Assembly: GCF_963921235.1 (NCBI RefSeq)
Contig: NC_086108.1
Location: forward strand, 80,912,001 to 80,976,000
Direction: 5' to 3'
Source: Mobula hypostoma
Lineage: Eukaryota
Length of the DNA stretch: 64,000 nt
Shown here: piece after piece, positions 12,569 to 26,687 of the stretch
How the letters are laid out: each line of letters starts with the position of its first letter
Numbering within the stretch: position 1 is the stretch's first letter
Notes under the pieces: generated by a model
Database searches by the model: none
What the model was told of the DNA's origin: nothing
What the model saw: the letters and a program-made list of their open reading frames with translations, nothing else
Made by a program: the position numbers and the translations under genes

Positions 12569-14477
12569 TAAGATATCAGAGCAGGCCTTTGGAGTCTGCT
12601 CTGCCATTTCATCAGGGCTGATCCATTTTCCTTCTCAGCCCAAAACTCCTTCCCCCCATCTCCCTTCATGCTCTGACTAATCAAAAATCTATCAACCACT
12701 TCCTTAAATATATAACTGAGACTTGGCCTCCACAGTTGCCTGTGACAACGAATTCCACAGTTTCACCACTCTCTGGCTAAGGAAATTCTCCCTCATCTCT
12801 GTTCCGAATGAATGTCTCTCTAATCTGAGGCTGTGTCCTCTGGTCTTAGACGTTCCCACTATAGGAAACATCCTCTCCACATCCACTCCATCATTCATAC
12901 CTTTCAACATTCAATGAGTTCCCCCCTCATTTTTCTGAATTCCAGTAAGGGCCGTCCCAGAGCCATCAAATGTTCCTCACATGACAAGCTTTTCAATCCC
13001 AGAATTACTTTTGTGAATCCCATTTGAACCCTTTCCAATGCAGCACATCCTTTCTTAGATAAGCAAAACAAAACTGCTCACAATACTCCAAGTGAGGCCT
13101 CACCAGTGCCTTATAAAGCCTCAACGGTACCTCCTTTATTTTATATTCCAGTCCTCTCAAAATAAATGCTACCACTGACTCAACCTGCAAATTAATCTTT
13201 AGGGAATCCGGCACAAGGGCCCCCATGTCCCTTTGCACCTCAGAATTCTGAATTTTCTCTCTATTTAGAAAATAGTCTGTGCTTTTATTTCTTCTAGCAC
13301 TGTATTTCATATGCTAATTTTTTGCCCATTCTCCTAATCTGTCTGTCCTTCTGTAGCCTACCTCCTCAAAACTACCTGCCCCTCCACCTACCTTCGTATC
13401 ATCCACAAAATTGGTCACAAAACCATCAATTTCATCTAAATCATTGATATATAATGTAAAAAGAAGTGGTCCCAACACAGATCCCTGTGGAAAACCACTA
13501 TGTACCTGCCAATAAGCAGAAAAGGCTCCCTTTATTCCCACTCTTTGTCTCCTGCCAATCAGCCATTGCTTTATTCATACGAGTATCTTTCCTGTAATGT
13601 CGTGCACATTTAACTTGTTAAGCAGCTTCATGTGCGGCACCTTGTCAAAGACCTTCTGAAAATCCAAGTACACAACATACACCGATTCTCCTTTGTCTAT
13701 TATGCTTGTTATTTCTTCAAAGAATTCAAACAGATTTGTCAAACAAGATTTGCCCTTAAGGAAACCATGCTGACTTCAGCCTATTTTTCATGTGCCTCCA
13801 AGTACCCCAAAACCATATTCTTAACAATCATAAGACTATAGGACATAGGAGCAGAGTTAGGCCATATGGCCCATCAAGTCTGCTCCACTATTCAATCATG
13901 GCTGATTCTTTTCTGCCCCTCCTCAGCCCCACTCCCCGGCCTTCTCCCTGTAACCTTTGATGCCACCTATCAATCTCCACCTTAAATACATCCAACGACC
14001 TGGCCTCCACAGCTGCCTGTAGTAACAAATTCCACAAATTCACCACCCTCTGGCTAAAGAACTTTCTTCGCATCTCTGTTTTAATGGACGCCCCTCTATC
14101 CTAAGGCTGTGCCCTCTTGTCCTAGACTCCCCACCATGGGAAATATCCTTTCCACATCTACTCTGTCTTGGCCTTTCAACATTCGAAAGGTTTCAATGGG
14201 ATCCCTCCCCATCCTTCTAAGTTCCAGCAAGTACAGGCCCGGAGCCATCAAATGTTCCTCATGTACTAACCCTGTCATACGCAGAATCATCCTTGTGAAC
14301 CTCCTCTGAACCCTCTCCAATGCCAGCACATCTTTTCTTAGATAAGGAGCTGTTCGCAATACTCAAGGTGAGGCCTCACCAGTGCCTTATAAAGCCTCAG
14401 CATCACATCCCTGCTCTTATATTCTAGACCTCTTGAAAGGAATGCTAACGTTGCATTTGCCTTCCTTGCCACCGACT
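12569..14477 (-). mobile_element. Two adjacent CR1 LINE fragments
   Basis: Minus-strand PQGSVLGPLLFTLYINDL, LYKALVRPHLEYC, LERVQRRFTRM and SQRVVNLWN. Two separate 3' tails near 12570 and 13830. Confidence 0.85.
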
Positions 14478-16720
14478 CAACCTGCAAGTTAACCAGATGC
14501 AGAGCCTTCCCATCTGCCGCAGTGCAGTTTCTGTAGCATGCAGCTTGTTAAGGTGCTCTTCACTGCACATCTGCAGAATGATATGCATGGTCCACCTTTC
14601 TTTAGCCTCCTCAGAAAGTAGAGGTACCGGTGAGCTCTCCTGGCTGCGTAGGATGTATTCTGGGACCATTGGAGGCTGTGCAAGATGTGCACTCCCAGGA
14701 GTTTGAAATTGCTCACAGTTTCCACCGCTGTTCCACCAGTGTAAAAAGGGGGTGTGAGAAGTGAAAGTTCTCCTGAAGTCAATAACCATCTCCTTTGTCT
14801 TGTTGACATTAAGCCCTGACGCCAGCCCTCAAGCTCTTCCACCTCCTCTCAGTTGACCATCTCATCATTGTTGGTAATGAGTCCCATATCTGTTGTGTCA
14901 TCGGTGAACTAGACAACGAGGTTACTCAGGTGTTTAGCTTCGCAGCTGTGTGAGCAGATATACATTAAAGAAAAGTTTAGAAAGGCACAAGAATGTGAGG
15001 TAAATCTTAGGGTATGACCATTGTGTAGGCAGAAGAGATTAGTTTTGTTAGGTATTTGATTACTAATTTAATTAGTTTAACACAACTGTATGGGCCAAAT
15101 TATTTTTTACTCTGTGCTGTACTGTTCTAGGTTCTTAATTATATTCTTCTCTTAATGTTACCATGAACATCCTGGCATGGTGTCATGGCATTGTCTGCCT
15201 TTTCAAATCCACAATTCCTAATAAAGAATTAGCTTCTTGCCAGATAATAGACAATTGCTCAAAAGAAAATTACCTATTTTAAAATAACATATCTACAGTT
15301 CAAGGTTCAAAGTAAATTTATTATCAAAGTACATATATATCATCATATACAAACCTGAAATACATTTTTTGTGGGCAATCACAGTAAATCCTAGAAACAC
15401 AATTGAATCAGTGAAAGACCATACCCAACAAGACAGATAGACAAGATAAACAACCAATGTGCAAAAGACAACAAAATAATAAAAATAAATAAATGAATGA
15501 ATGAATGAGCAATAAATGTAGAGAACATGAATAGTCCTTGAAAGTGAGTCCATAGGTTGTGGGAACAGTTCAGTGATGGAGTGACTGAAGTTTATTGAAG
15601 TTATCCCCTCTGGTTCAAGAGCTTGTTGGTTGAGGGGTAATACTGTTCCTAAACCCAGTGGTGTGAGTTCTGAGGCTCATGTACCTTCTTCCTGAAGTGT
15701 GCATGGCCTGGGTGGTGGGGGTCCTTGATGATGGATGCTACTTTCCAGCAACAGCCCTTGGTGTAGATGTGCTCAATGGTGGGGAAGGTTTAATCGTGAT
15801 TGACTAGGCCATATCCACTACTTTTTGTTGGATTTTTAGTTTAAGGGCATTGCTGTTTCCACACCAGGCAGTGATGCAACCAAGCAATATACACTACCAC
15901 ACATCTATAGATGTTTGTCAAAGTTTTAGACGACATGCTGAATCTTCACAAGCTTCTAAAGAAGTAGCGGCTTTCTTCATAATGGCACTTATGTGCTGGC
16001 CTCAGGACAGCTCCTCTGAATTGATAACACTGAGGAATTTAGAGTTTCTGACCCTGTCCATCTCGGATCCTCCATTGAGAACTAGCTCATGGGTATCCGG
16101 TTTCTTCCTCCTGAAGTCAATAATCAGCTCAAAGACAAGAAAATCTGCAGATGCTGGAAATCCAAGCAAAACACACAAAATGCTGGAGGAACTCAGCAGT
16201 AAACAGTGGAAAAGAGTAAACAGTCAACGTCTCGGGTCAAGACCCTTCATCAGGACTCATGTAGCACCATGCCAACAGATTTTCAATCTCCCCCCTATAT
16301 GCTGATTTGGCCAACGACAGTGGTGTCATCAGCAAATATAAATATGGCATTGGAGCTGTGCTTAGCCTACGTATAAGTATAAAATGAGTAGAGCAGGGGG
16401 CTCAGCACACAGTCTTGTGCAACTGTGCTAATGGAGATCATGGAGGAGATGTTGCCAGTCCAAACTGACTGGGGTCTACAAACGAGGATATTGAAGATCC
16501 AGTTGTACAAGGAGGTATTGAGGCCAAGGTCCTGAAGCTTATTGATTAGTTTTGGGGGACTGAGCTGTAGCCAGTGAAGAATGTCCTCATGTAAGCGTCT
16601 TCACTGTCCAGATGTTCCAGGGTTGAGTGAAGAGCAAAGGAAATGGCATCTGCTGTTGACCTTTTGTGACAATAGGCAAACTAGAGCAAATCCAAGTCAC
16701 TTCCCAGGCAGGAGTTAGTA
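14478..16720 (-). mobile_element. Rex1-type LINE fragments (14478-14955 and about 15300-16720) with an embedded Penelope fragment at 16135-16258
   Basis: AVETVSNFKLLGVHI...YLYFLRRLKK and minus-strand FADDTTVV. The 3' tail TGATAATAAATTTACTTTGAAC lies near 15305-15330. Confidence 0.65.
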
Positions 16721-17369
16721 AGTTTAATCCTGATAAATATTGGTAAGTTGATATGCCAATATGAATTTAAAATTAGTGCAAAAGGAATGTGCACACAAAG
16801 CAATATCATTAAATAATAATTGACAGCTTAATTGAAACATGCTACTAATTAAACAGAAGATAAGAGACCAGAACTGTACCCGAGATGTTCAGATTTACAG
16901 AATCCTACAGCTGTAAATTTTGAAACAATGACACAGCTAAAATAGAAATCGGGTTGGAAGAATATTTGAACATAGAATGGCGCCACCTCATGTCCAGTAA
17001 TTGAACTTGGTGGAACATTAGGAAAATTGCGCTGAAAGTATATGTATGATCTCTTCACTCACTGATTTTTCCTTTTATTGCACTAAGATGATAGATAACT
17101 TAGCAAACACATAAATGCTCTCACATAAAATATTTCTTTACATGTTTTATGAGCCATGAAGAGCTAGAGAAATTTGAAAGCCTTTATTGACTTCAACAAG
17201 TATTACATTCCTATGTGAGGTTCACAAATCTGGCAGCTGAGCCTAGGAGAGGTCAAAATTAAGACAACGTGGCTCTAAGACTACTGATGGATGTACACGT
17301 GATCTCTTGGATACTTTAAGGAAATCATAGTCCCTACTGATAATTTCATCTGAGTCATTGAATTGGAGG

Positions 17370-19670
17370 ACAAAAGGGGATGATGTAAATGGCTGACAAG
17401 GACAGCAGAAAAGCAGAAGAGAGGGCGTATAATGTAGCAAAAATCAATAGGAAGGAAGTTAGAGGATTGAGAAGCTTTTAAAAACCAACAGAAGGCAACT
17501 AAATAAAACAATAAGCATGGAAAAGATTAAATATAAAGGTAAGCTAGCCAATAATATTCAGTAAAAGAGAGTACCAAAGGTTTTTTTACAAATATACAAT
17601 ATAAGAAGTAAATGAGAGATGACAGTGGACTGCTGGAAAATGAGGCTGGAGAGGTAGTAATGGGAAACAACAAAATGGTGGATGAACTCAATTAAGTATT
17701 TTGTGAAGGTCTTCTCAGTGGAAGATACCAGCAGTATGCCAGAAACTGAAGAGTGTCAGGCAGGATAAGTGGGTGTAGTTACTATTAACTAGAGAGGAGA
17801 AGATGGCGACGCGACGCGCATGCAGCGGCCACTCTGGTGATGAATATCTGTTACCTGTCAAGTAGGGTGCCATGCACAATTGTGATTTGATGGAGGCAGA
17901 CATGAGAGCACAGAGGAACATCTGGTGAAACTTCTGAAATGCCTGCTTCACTGCTGCTGCTACTGTGTGGTCCAGAATCTCCAGAGGGGAAGGCCCCGAG
18001 TCCTCAGCTTTGCTTGTTGCTCGGTAGCCGAGGCCAGGGTCGAAGCACTCAGTAGAGATGGTGCTCGGTGTTTGGTGTTGGAGGGCTGGTCGGAGGCTCA
18101 AAGTTTTCGGATGGACTCAGAGTCAGCTGTGGTCGGGTGCTTACAGGGTGCTGCATCAGCAAGTTTGCGGCGCTGGAGGTTCATGGCAGGGAGAGTTTCT
18201 CCCTTCTACCGTCTGCGTGAGATAATGGGGCTATCGGGACTTTGAGACTTTTTTTTTACCATGCCCATGGTCTGCTCTTTATCAAATTACGGTATTGCTT
18301 TGCACTGTTGTAACTATGTTATAATTATGTGGTTTTTGTCAGTTTTAGCCTTGGTCTGTCCTGTGTTTCTGTGATATCACACTGGAGGAACATTGTATCA
18401 TTTCCTAATGCATGCATTTCTAAATGACAATAAACGAGGACTGAGTGTCCTCATAATCTAATCTATTACTGAAGCTGAAAGGTCTGAAGATAGATAAGTA
18501 ACCTGAACAAGATAGACCACACACCAAGGTTCTGAAAGAGTAGCTGAAGAGATTGTGGAGGTATTAGTAATGATACTTCAAGCATCACTAGATTCTGGAA
18601 TAGTTCCAGAGGATTAGGAAATTGCAAACGGGACACTACTCTAAGAGATGGAGACAAAGGACAGGAAATTATAGGCCGGTTAACCCTGCTTCTGTGTTTT
18701 GGAAGATGTTGGAGTCCATTATAAAGGTTGAGGTTTCAGGGTACTTGGAGGCACATGATAAAATAGACCAAAGTCAGCATGGTTTCCTGAGGGGAATTCT
18801 TTCAGGAAATAACAGGCAGGATAGAGAAAGGAGAGTCAGTGGAGGCTGGTTACATGAATTTTCAGAAGGGCTTTAACAAATGCAGCACTTGAGGCTGCTA
18901 AACAAGTTAAGACCATCTGTCATTCAGGACCCCCTTCAGCCAGGACATGCCCTCTACTCATTGCTACCAGCAAGGAGGTGGTACAGGAGCCTGAGGACAC
19001 ACACTCACGCACCATTTTAGCAACAGCTTCTTCCCTTCCACCATCAAATTTCTGAATGGACAATGAACCCACGTACACTACCTCATTATTATTTTGCTCT
19101 ATTTTTGTACTGATTTAATTTCTTATTGTAATTTATAGTTTTTTATTATTATATTTTGCAATATAAAATTGACACAAAACAACAAATTTCCCAACATACG
19201 CCAGTGATATTAAACCTGTCTGATTCTAATGCTGAGGTTGTATTAGGCATTGATCAGACTGCTTCTGGAGTATTGTGAGTACATTTGGGCCATTTATCTA
19301 AGAAAGGATGTGCTGGCATTGGGGAGGCTCCAGAGAAAATTCACAAGAATGACCTCGGGAATGAAAGGGTTAAAGTTTGAGGAGTGTTTGAAAGCTCTGG
19401 GCCTGTACACTCTGGAGCTTAGAAGAATGAGGGGTGATCTCTTTGAAACATGGAATGTTGAAAGATCTAGATAGTGTGGATGTGGAGAGGATGTTTCCTA
19501 CAGTGGGGGAGTCTAGAACCATAGAGCACAGCCTCAGAATAAAAGAAATTTTCTTTTGAAGAGCAATGGGGATGAACTTCTTTAGTCAGAGGAAGGTGAA
19601 TCTGTGGAATTCACTGTCAAGGATGGCTGTGAAGGCCAATTCATTGGGTGTATTTAAAGTGGAGGTTAAT
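17370..19670 (+). mobile_element. Fragmented CR1 LINE interrupted by other repeats
   Basis: GNYRPV...KMLESIIK and LLEYCEYIWAIYLRKDVLALGRLQRKFTRM. Confidence 0.75.
17795..18465 (+). mobile_element. Short non-autonomous retroelement with (TCTAA)n-type tail
   Basis: CpG-rich head GAGAAGATGGCGACGCGACG and a 3' end TGACAATAAA...TAATCTAATCT like the Rex1 tail at 55415-55443. Inserted in CR1 with CTATTA on both flanks. Confidence 0.55.
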
Positions 19671-20069
19671 CAGAATCAGGTATAATATCACCAACATAGA
19701 TCTTAAAAATTGTCTTTGCAGCAACAGTACAATGCAAAACTTAATAATAGAGAAAAATGTGATTTACAGTAAGAATATATAGTTAAATTAAATAAGTAGG
19801 TTTTTTTTTACAGCCCATTAAGTCACTGGCATTCATGGCAGAAATAAAGGTCTTCCATCTCTAGCAGAGTTCAGGACTTCCTTCATCATGTCAGTAGCCT
19901 CCTCTTAGTTTTCACTACTGTCAGTCACACAGGTCCTGGATGGAGACTCAGGAATACCGTCAGGAATATCAGATGTAGGATTCTTCCTTGCTGCTTCTAT
20001 AACAATCTTGTTCTATCAGTCAGAGTTGCTAGCCCTGAGCTGATTCCCCGAAGCTGGAGGATCCGTGGA

Positions 20070-20880
20070 CCAGAATCAGAATCAGGTTTATTATCACTGG
20101 CACGTGTCGTGAAATTTGTTAACTTAGCAGCAGCAGCAGCAGTACAATGCAATACATGGTAATATAGAAGAGGAAAAAAAAATAACAAAAAGTAAATCAA
20201 TTACAGTATACATATATTGAATAGATTAAAAATCATGCATAAAGAGAAATATATATTAAAAAAGTGAGGTAGTGTTCAAGGTCCATTTAGGAATCGGATG
20301 GCAGAGGGGAAGAAGATGTTCCTGAATTGCTGAATGTGTGCCTTCAGGCTTCTGTACCTCCTATCGGATGGTAACAGTGAGAAAAGGGCATGCCCTGAGT
20401 GCTGGAGGTCCTTAATAATGGACGCTGCCTTTCTGAGACACCACTCCTTGAAGATGTCTTGGGTACTTTGTAGGCTAGTACCCAAGATGGAGCTGACTAG
20501 ATTTACAACCCTCTGCAGCTTCTTTGGGTCCTGTGTAGTAGCCCCCCATACCAGACAGTGATGCAGCCTGTCAGAATGCTTTCCATAGTACATCTATAGA
20601 AGTTTTTGAGTGTATTTGTTGACATGCCAAATTTCTTCAAACTCCTAATGAAGTGTAGTCACTGTCTTGCCTTCTTTATAACTTCATCAATATGTAGGGA
20701 CCAGGTTAGGTCCTCAGAGATCTTGACATCCAGGAACTTGAAATTGCTCTCTTTCCACTTCTGATTCCTCTATGAGGATTGGTATGGGTTCCTTCATCTT
20801 ACCCTTCCTGAAGTCCACAATCAGCTCTTTCATCTCACTGATATTGAGTGCAATGTTGTTGCTGCAACACCACTCTACTT
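20070..20880 (-). mobile_element. Rex1-type LINE 3' portion
   Basis: KKLQRVVNLVSSILG...HALFSLLPSDRRYRSLK...FFPSAIRFLN with an (ATTCTG)n tail. Confidence 0.8.
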
Positions 20881-21849
20881 CTTCATCTGACCTCTACCCT
20901 TTGAACTATTTGGCAGCCAACATAGTTCCCCAGGTCATTGAGGGACGCAAGCCTCCAAACCAATGACAAGGTTGTGGTCCTCTTAGAAGTAAATAAGTAG
21001 TTCAAAAATAAAAATAAAAAAGTAGTGAGGTAGTATTCATGGGTTCAATGTCCATTTAGAAATGGGACGGCAATGGGGAAGGAGGAGGTGTTCCTGAATC
21101 ATTGAGTGTGTTCCGTCAGGCTCCTGTCCCTCCTTCATGATGGCACCAATAAGAACAGGACATGTCCTGGGTGATGGGGGTCCTTAATGATGGATGCCAC
21201 ATTTCTTAGTCATTGTTCCTTGAAGATGTCCTGAATACTAAGGAAGCTAGTGCTCACGATGCAGTTTATTCTGATCCTGTGCAGTAGCACCCCTCCCTCA
21301 AACCAGAGGGCGATCCAGTTAAGGTTCTCAAAAGTTATGGGGAGAAGGCAGGTGAATGGGGTTGAAGGCGATAATAAATCTGCCTTTTCAGAGGTCAGTC
21401 TCAATGAGCTGAATGGAATGATTCTATTTCTGTCTTATGGAATGTACATGTAGGCTCACAATAAAATTCACTGTAACTAGTGGAATTTTACTTAGAGAAC
21501 AATTTATCTAAAGTATGAAGGAAACAACTAATATCCAATAGTGCAACAACTTCTCCCAATAAAATTATGCAATGGGAACTCCATGTAGCAATAACCACCT
21601 GGCACCTGCTGACCTATGAGGCATGCATCACATCCTCTTATACGGTTTTTCATATATTCATTAATTTTAGATTCAACTTTTCTAACTTTCCATTAAGGCT
21701 ACCTTTCATTATCTCCACATCATCCAGATAACCTCTAACTATATTTTTTCCAAAGCTACTTTATGCCTTTTTCCATAATCACATAGAACAGATGACAATT
21801 TTGAAACAAAATGGTGTATCACAGTTTTCAGATGTGTTTCTTTCCACTA

Positions 21850-22525
21850 AACTTTTTTGAACACCAGGGATGGATTTTCTATCGTCCTCAACCTCCACAT
21901 CCAGCACATAATTCTAACTTCCGCCCTCTCCAACAGAATCCCACCATTTTTCCACCCCCCACCCACTTCCGGCAGGGAATCACTCCCTACGCAACTCCTT
22001 GTCCATTCATCCCTCCCGGCACTTATCTTTGTAAGCTGAACAAGTGCCACACCTGCCCCTACAACTCCACCCTCACTACCATTCAGGGCCCCAACTGCCA
22101 CCATCAGGTTGGGGGGGCAACACCTTATATTCCATCTGGGTAGCCTCCAACTGTTGGAATGAACATCAATGTCTCAAACTTCTAGTAATTGTCTCCCCCC
22201 CCCCACCATACCTGCCCATCACCTTTCCCTGGTGCTCCTCCCCCTTCCTTTTCTTCCATAGCCTTCTGTCCTTTATCAGATTCCTCCTTTTCCTCTTTCA
22301 CCAATCAACTTCCCAACTCTCTACTTCATCCTCCCATCTTCCAATTTCACCTTTACTTCCTCCCCTTACCTTACCAACTTGTCTTTTCTCCAGTCCTGAT
22401 GAAGGGTCTCAGCCTGAAACATCAACTGTTCACTCTTTTCCATGGATGCTGCCTGGCCTGCAAATTCCTCCAGCATTCTGTGTGCTGCTTCCATGTCCAG
22501 CTTCTGCAGATTTTCTCTTGTGTAT
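21850..22525 (+). mobile_element. Penelope-like element 3' fragment (endonuclease region plus hammerhead-bearing terminus)
   Basis: PPGTYLCKLNKCHTCPY Cys motif, a QHLIFHLGSLQ-type C-terminus, a pyrimidine tract, then AGTCCTGATGAAGGGTCTCAGCCTGAAACATCAACT at 22392-22427. Confidence 0.7.
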
Positions 22526-23226
22526 TATTTCATCTTTTTCTTATGAATGCCACTGCCTGCAAGTTTATATTGCCGCTGTGCATAATGACAACATATAGTC
22601 AAAAATCCACTTGACTAATATTGGGGTTTTGGATAAGTGATATGGTACATGAGAAAAAATGATTTAAAAAGCAGATGTCCATAGCAGATATCTCCAATAG
22701 TTTCAAACATTTCACTAGGGATTTAATCAGCAACTTTCTCCCAAGAATAAATATGGCCAGAGTTAGAAAGTGCCTTAACACCTGCCATAAATGGTGTGCG
22801 CACATACCGACTTTAAGGATTAAAGGCTGATTTATACTTTTGCGTACTAGCTTACGCCATAGCCTATGCAAGTGAGCTACGCTGTTGTGAGCATTTATAC
22901 TTGTGCATTGGTGTGTCTGCGTCGCTGTGCAATTCACCGCCAAAAGGCTAGTTGGCGGTGGGGTTTCTATGCCACTGTGTTGAGTTTCTTTGTGTTGAAA
23001 CTCAAACTTCAAACAATGGCCACTGAAACTGAAGGAGGGTGAATTTTCTGTGCTTGTCCGGCCACCAAGAGACATGGACGAGGAAATGCATTTCAAATAT
23101 TTTCAGATGTCAGCAGGTAGATTTGACGATTTGGTTCATCGTCTCCATCCATTTATTTCACATCAGTGTATGTACAGTATACTCAGAGACTGGCAATCAC
23201 CATTCGAGTTTTAGCTTCAGGTGGAA

Positions 23227-26200
23227 ACATAGAAAATAGGTGGAGTAGGCCATTCGGCCCTTCGAGCCTGCACTGCCATTCAGAATGACCATGGCTGATC
23301 ATCCAACTCAGAACCCTGTACCTGCCTTCACTCCATACCCCCCGATCCCTTTAGCCACAAGGGCCATATCTAACTCCTCTCAAATATAGCCAATGAACTG
23401 GCCTCAACTGTTTCCTGTGGCAGAGAATTCCACAGATTCACCACTCCCTGTGTGAAGTTTTTCCTACTCTCAGTCCTAAAAGGCTTCCCCTTTATCCTCA
23501 AACTGTGACCCCTCGTTCTGGACTTCCCCAACATCAGGAACAATCTTCCTGCATCTAGCCTGTCCAATCCCTTTAGGATTTTATACGTTTCAGTAAGATC
23601 CCCCGTCAATCTTCTAAATGCCAACGAGTATAAACCTAGTTGATCCACTCTTTCGTTATATGAAAGTCCTGCCAACCCAGGAATCAATCTGGTGAACCTT
23701 CCTTGTACTCCATGGCAAGAATGTCTTTCCTCAGATTAGGGGACCAAAACTGCACACAATACTCCAGATGTGGTCTCACCAAGGCCTTGTACAACTGCAG
23801 TAGTACCTCCCTGCTCCTGTACTCAAATCCTCTTGCTATGAATGCCAGCATACCATTCGCCTTTTTCACCGCCTGCCCACTTTCAATGACCAGTGTATGA
23901 CACCCAGGTCCCATTGCACCTCCTCTTTTCCTAATCGGCCACCATTCAGATAATAATCTGTTTTCCTGTTTTTGCCACCAAAGTGGATAACTTCACATTT
24001 ATCCACATTAAATTGCCTCTGCCATGAATTTGCCCACTCACCTAACCTATTCAAGTCACCCTGCATCCTCCTCACAGCCAACACTGCCATCCAGCTTCAT
24101 GTTATCTGCAAACTTGGAGATGCTGTATTTAATTCCATCTAACTCATTAATATATATTGTAAACAACTGGGGTCCCAGCACCGAGCCTTGCGGTACCCCA
24201 CTAGTCACTGCCTGCCATTCTGAATAGGTCCCGTTTATTCCCACTCTTTGCTTCCTGTCTGCAAACCAATTCTCTATCCACATCAATACCTTACCCCCAA
24301 TACCGTGTGCTTGCACACTAATCTCCTGTGTGGGACTTTGGGTGTCAAAAGCCTTTTGAAAATCCAAATGTACCACATCCACTGGTTCTCCCCCATCCAC
24401 TCTACCAGTTACATCCTCAAAAAACTCTGAGATTCATCAGACATGATTTTCCTTTCACAAATCCATGCTGACTTTGTCCGATGATTTCACCGCTTTCCAA
24501 ATGTGCTGTTATCACATTTTTTTTTATTATTGCCAAGAACTTTATTTACATCTTAAAGCCTGTACTGCAACGTATACCAAGCATCCGTGAACAAGCTCGA
24601 GGGTATCAAGTTCAAAAAGGTGGGTTTATATTTGATTTATTTTCCTGCAAGCCAGGTATATGTTCCAGAGACCCGATGAATTTTAATTCTAATACCCCCA
24701 TCCCACAAATACAAGTTATTCCTGTTAAATATTGTCAGTAGTTAGAAATATTGAGCTTTTGAACTACCAAAACCAGAATACACAATATCCTTAAAAAGGC
24801 CAACACAGCATATTATCAATGAACCTCAATTCTTATCTATTTCATGTCAAAAAGGCTTTAAGCCCATTCCACCAAACTCAAATGCAAACCCACCTATTGC
24901 CCACATTTCCTCATCCCAATACCCATCTATATTTAAAATACCAAGCATATTAACAAAAAGCCTACAGCAATACAAAATAAAAACACATAGGCCATTTGAG
25001 ATTCCAATTTTACTGTCTGAAATCACTTAAAAAAACAAAAATCACAAGACAAAATCGTTCTAGAAGATGGTACTAGAGTAGCTAAACAAATATCAAAATA
25101 GTAACAGCTCAAGAGACTTTTTGTCCAAATTCTCTGCAACTTGTGCATTACATTATGTACATTTTAGGTTACTGAAACATATCATGCACATTCACTAAAT
25201 ATATCCAACAGGAAGTTAAAATAATATTTGAAACAGTAAAATACCAAAAAGACCTTATGTACTAATGCTCATTACAACTGATACAATCTGCAAAAAAATG
25301 AGGCAATAAGTGGAATGGCTAAAGACTACTGGATATTTTCAGGTCTGTATTTAGTATCTACGGCGTTTATTTGCACCAAACTCTCCAACTTGATTTCCAT
25401 GGGGAAACCCAGCCGGGATCCCAACCATCGGTCCACCCATCTTATTTGCTTGACCATCCATATTTCCAGGAACAAATCAATCATTAGGCAATGCAATGTT
25501 GCTTTCTGGCATTTGATTTCCCAGGCTTCCAGGTGGACCTTGAGGTGGTGGTGCATTAGTATTCACGGTGGGCCTGTTCATTCCCATAAGTGGCCGAGGA
25601 ATTTGGCTTGCAGAGGCTGCTTTCAAATTTGAGTAATCAGCTCTGTTATCACATCTTTGATAACAGACTCTAGCATTTTCCCCACCACCGATGTCAGGCT
25701 AAGCGGTCTATAATTCCCTGGTTTCTCTCTCCCTCCTTTTTTAAAAAGCGGGGTTACATTAGCCACCCTCCAATCCTCAACTAGTCCAGAATCTACAAAG
25801 TTTTGCAAAATTATCACTAATGCATCCACTATTTCTTGGGCTACTTCCTTAAGCACTCTGACATGCAGACCATCTGCCCCTGGGGATTTATCCGCCTTTA
25901 ATCCTTACTAATTTACCTAACACCAATTCCCTACTAACATGTATTTCCCTCAGTTCCTCCATCTCACTAGACCCTCTGTCCCTTATTTCCAGAAGAATAT
26001 TAATGTCCTCCTTAGCGAAGACAGAACCAAAGTAGTTATTCAAATCCCTGCCCCCTGCTCCAATCCCTCAGCCATGCATTTATCCTCCACCTCTTTGCAT
26101 TCCTACTCTGTCGTGTAGCACAGGCAGTAATCCCGAGATTACTACCTTTGCAGTCCTTTTTCTCAACTCCCTATATTCTCCTTTCAGGACCTCTTCCCTT

Positions 26201-26687
26201 TTCCTACCTATGTCATTGGTACCTATATGTACCACGACCTCTGGCTCCTCACCCTCCCACTTCAGGATATCTTGGACGCAATCAGAAATATCCCAGACCC
26301 TGGCACCAGGGAGGCAAACTACCATCCAGGTCTCTGGACTGCACCCACAGGATCACCTATCTGACCACCTTACTATCGAGTCCCCTATTACAACTGCCCT
26401 CCTCTTCCTTTCCCTACCCTTCTGAGCTACAGGGTCGCACTCTGTGCCGGAGGCACGGCCACTGTCGCTTCCCCCAGGTAAGCTGTCCCCCCTAACAGAG
26501 GGGCATAGCCACTGGGGTACTCTCTTATTACATGACTCTTCCTCTTTCCCCTCCTAGCTGTGACCCACTTGTCTGCCTCCCGTGGCCCCGGTGTGACCAC
26601 CTGCCTGTAACTCCTCACTCTCCCTGACCAGACAAAGGTCATCGAGCTGCAGCTCCAGTTCCCTAACATGGTCACTTAGGAGCTGCA
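23227..26687 (-). mobile_element. CR1 LINE with ORF1 esterase fragment and ORF2 fragments
   Basis: ORF1 CLPGARV...VVVHIGTNDIG (SGNH-like). ORF2 GNYRPLSLTSVVGK, DFQKAFD, GVPQGSVLGP, KFADN and LVRPHLEYCVQFWSP. Confidence 0.9.
24518..25642 (-). pseudogene. 5'-truncated processed retrocopy of a DBHS-family mRNA (NONO-like; PSPC1 not excluded)
   Basis: Minus frame 25641-25351 ends ...GIPAGFPHGNQVGEFGANKRRRY-stop, with one internal TGA at 25477-25479. About 830 nt of 3' UTR, AATAAA, a short poly(A), and a 12-bp TSD CTGTTATCACAT (24506-24517, 25643-25654). Confidence 0.85.

Noticed and set aside
16978..16996. CTCF-like site (minus TGGACATGAGGTGGCGCCA)
   Set aside because: A single imperfect motif match cannot be supported without PWM scoring or ChIP data.
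25315..25632. ORF-track peptides of 105 aa (+) and 76 aa (-)
   Set aside because: Wrong frames. The meaningful frame is the NKRRRY-ending one, which is interrupted by a TGA.
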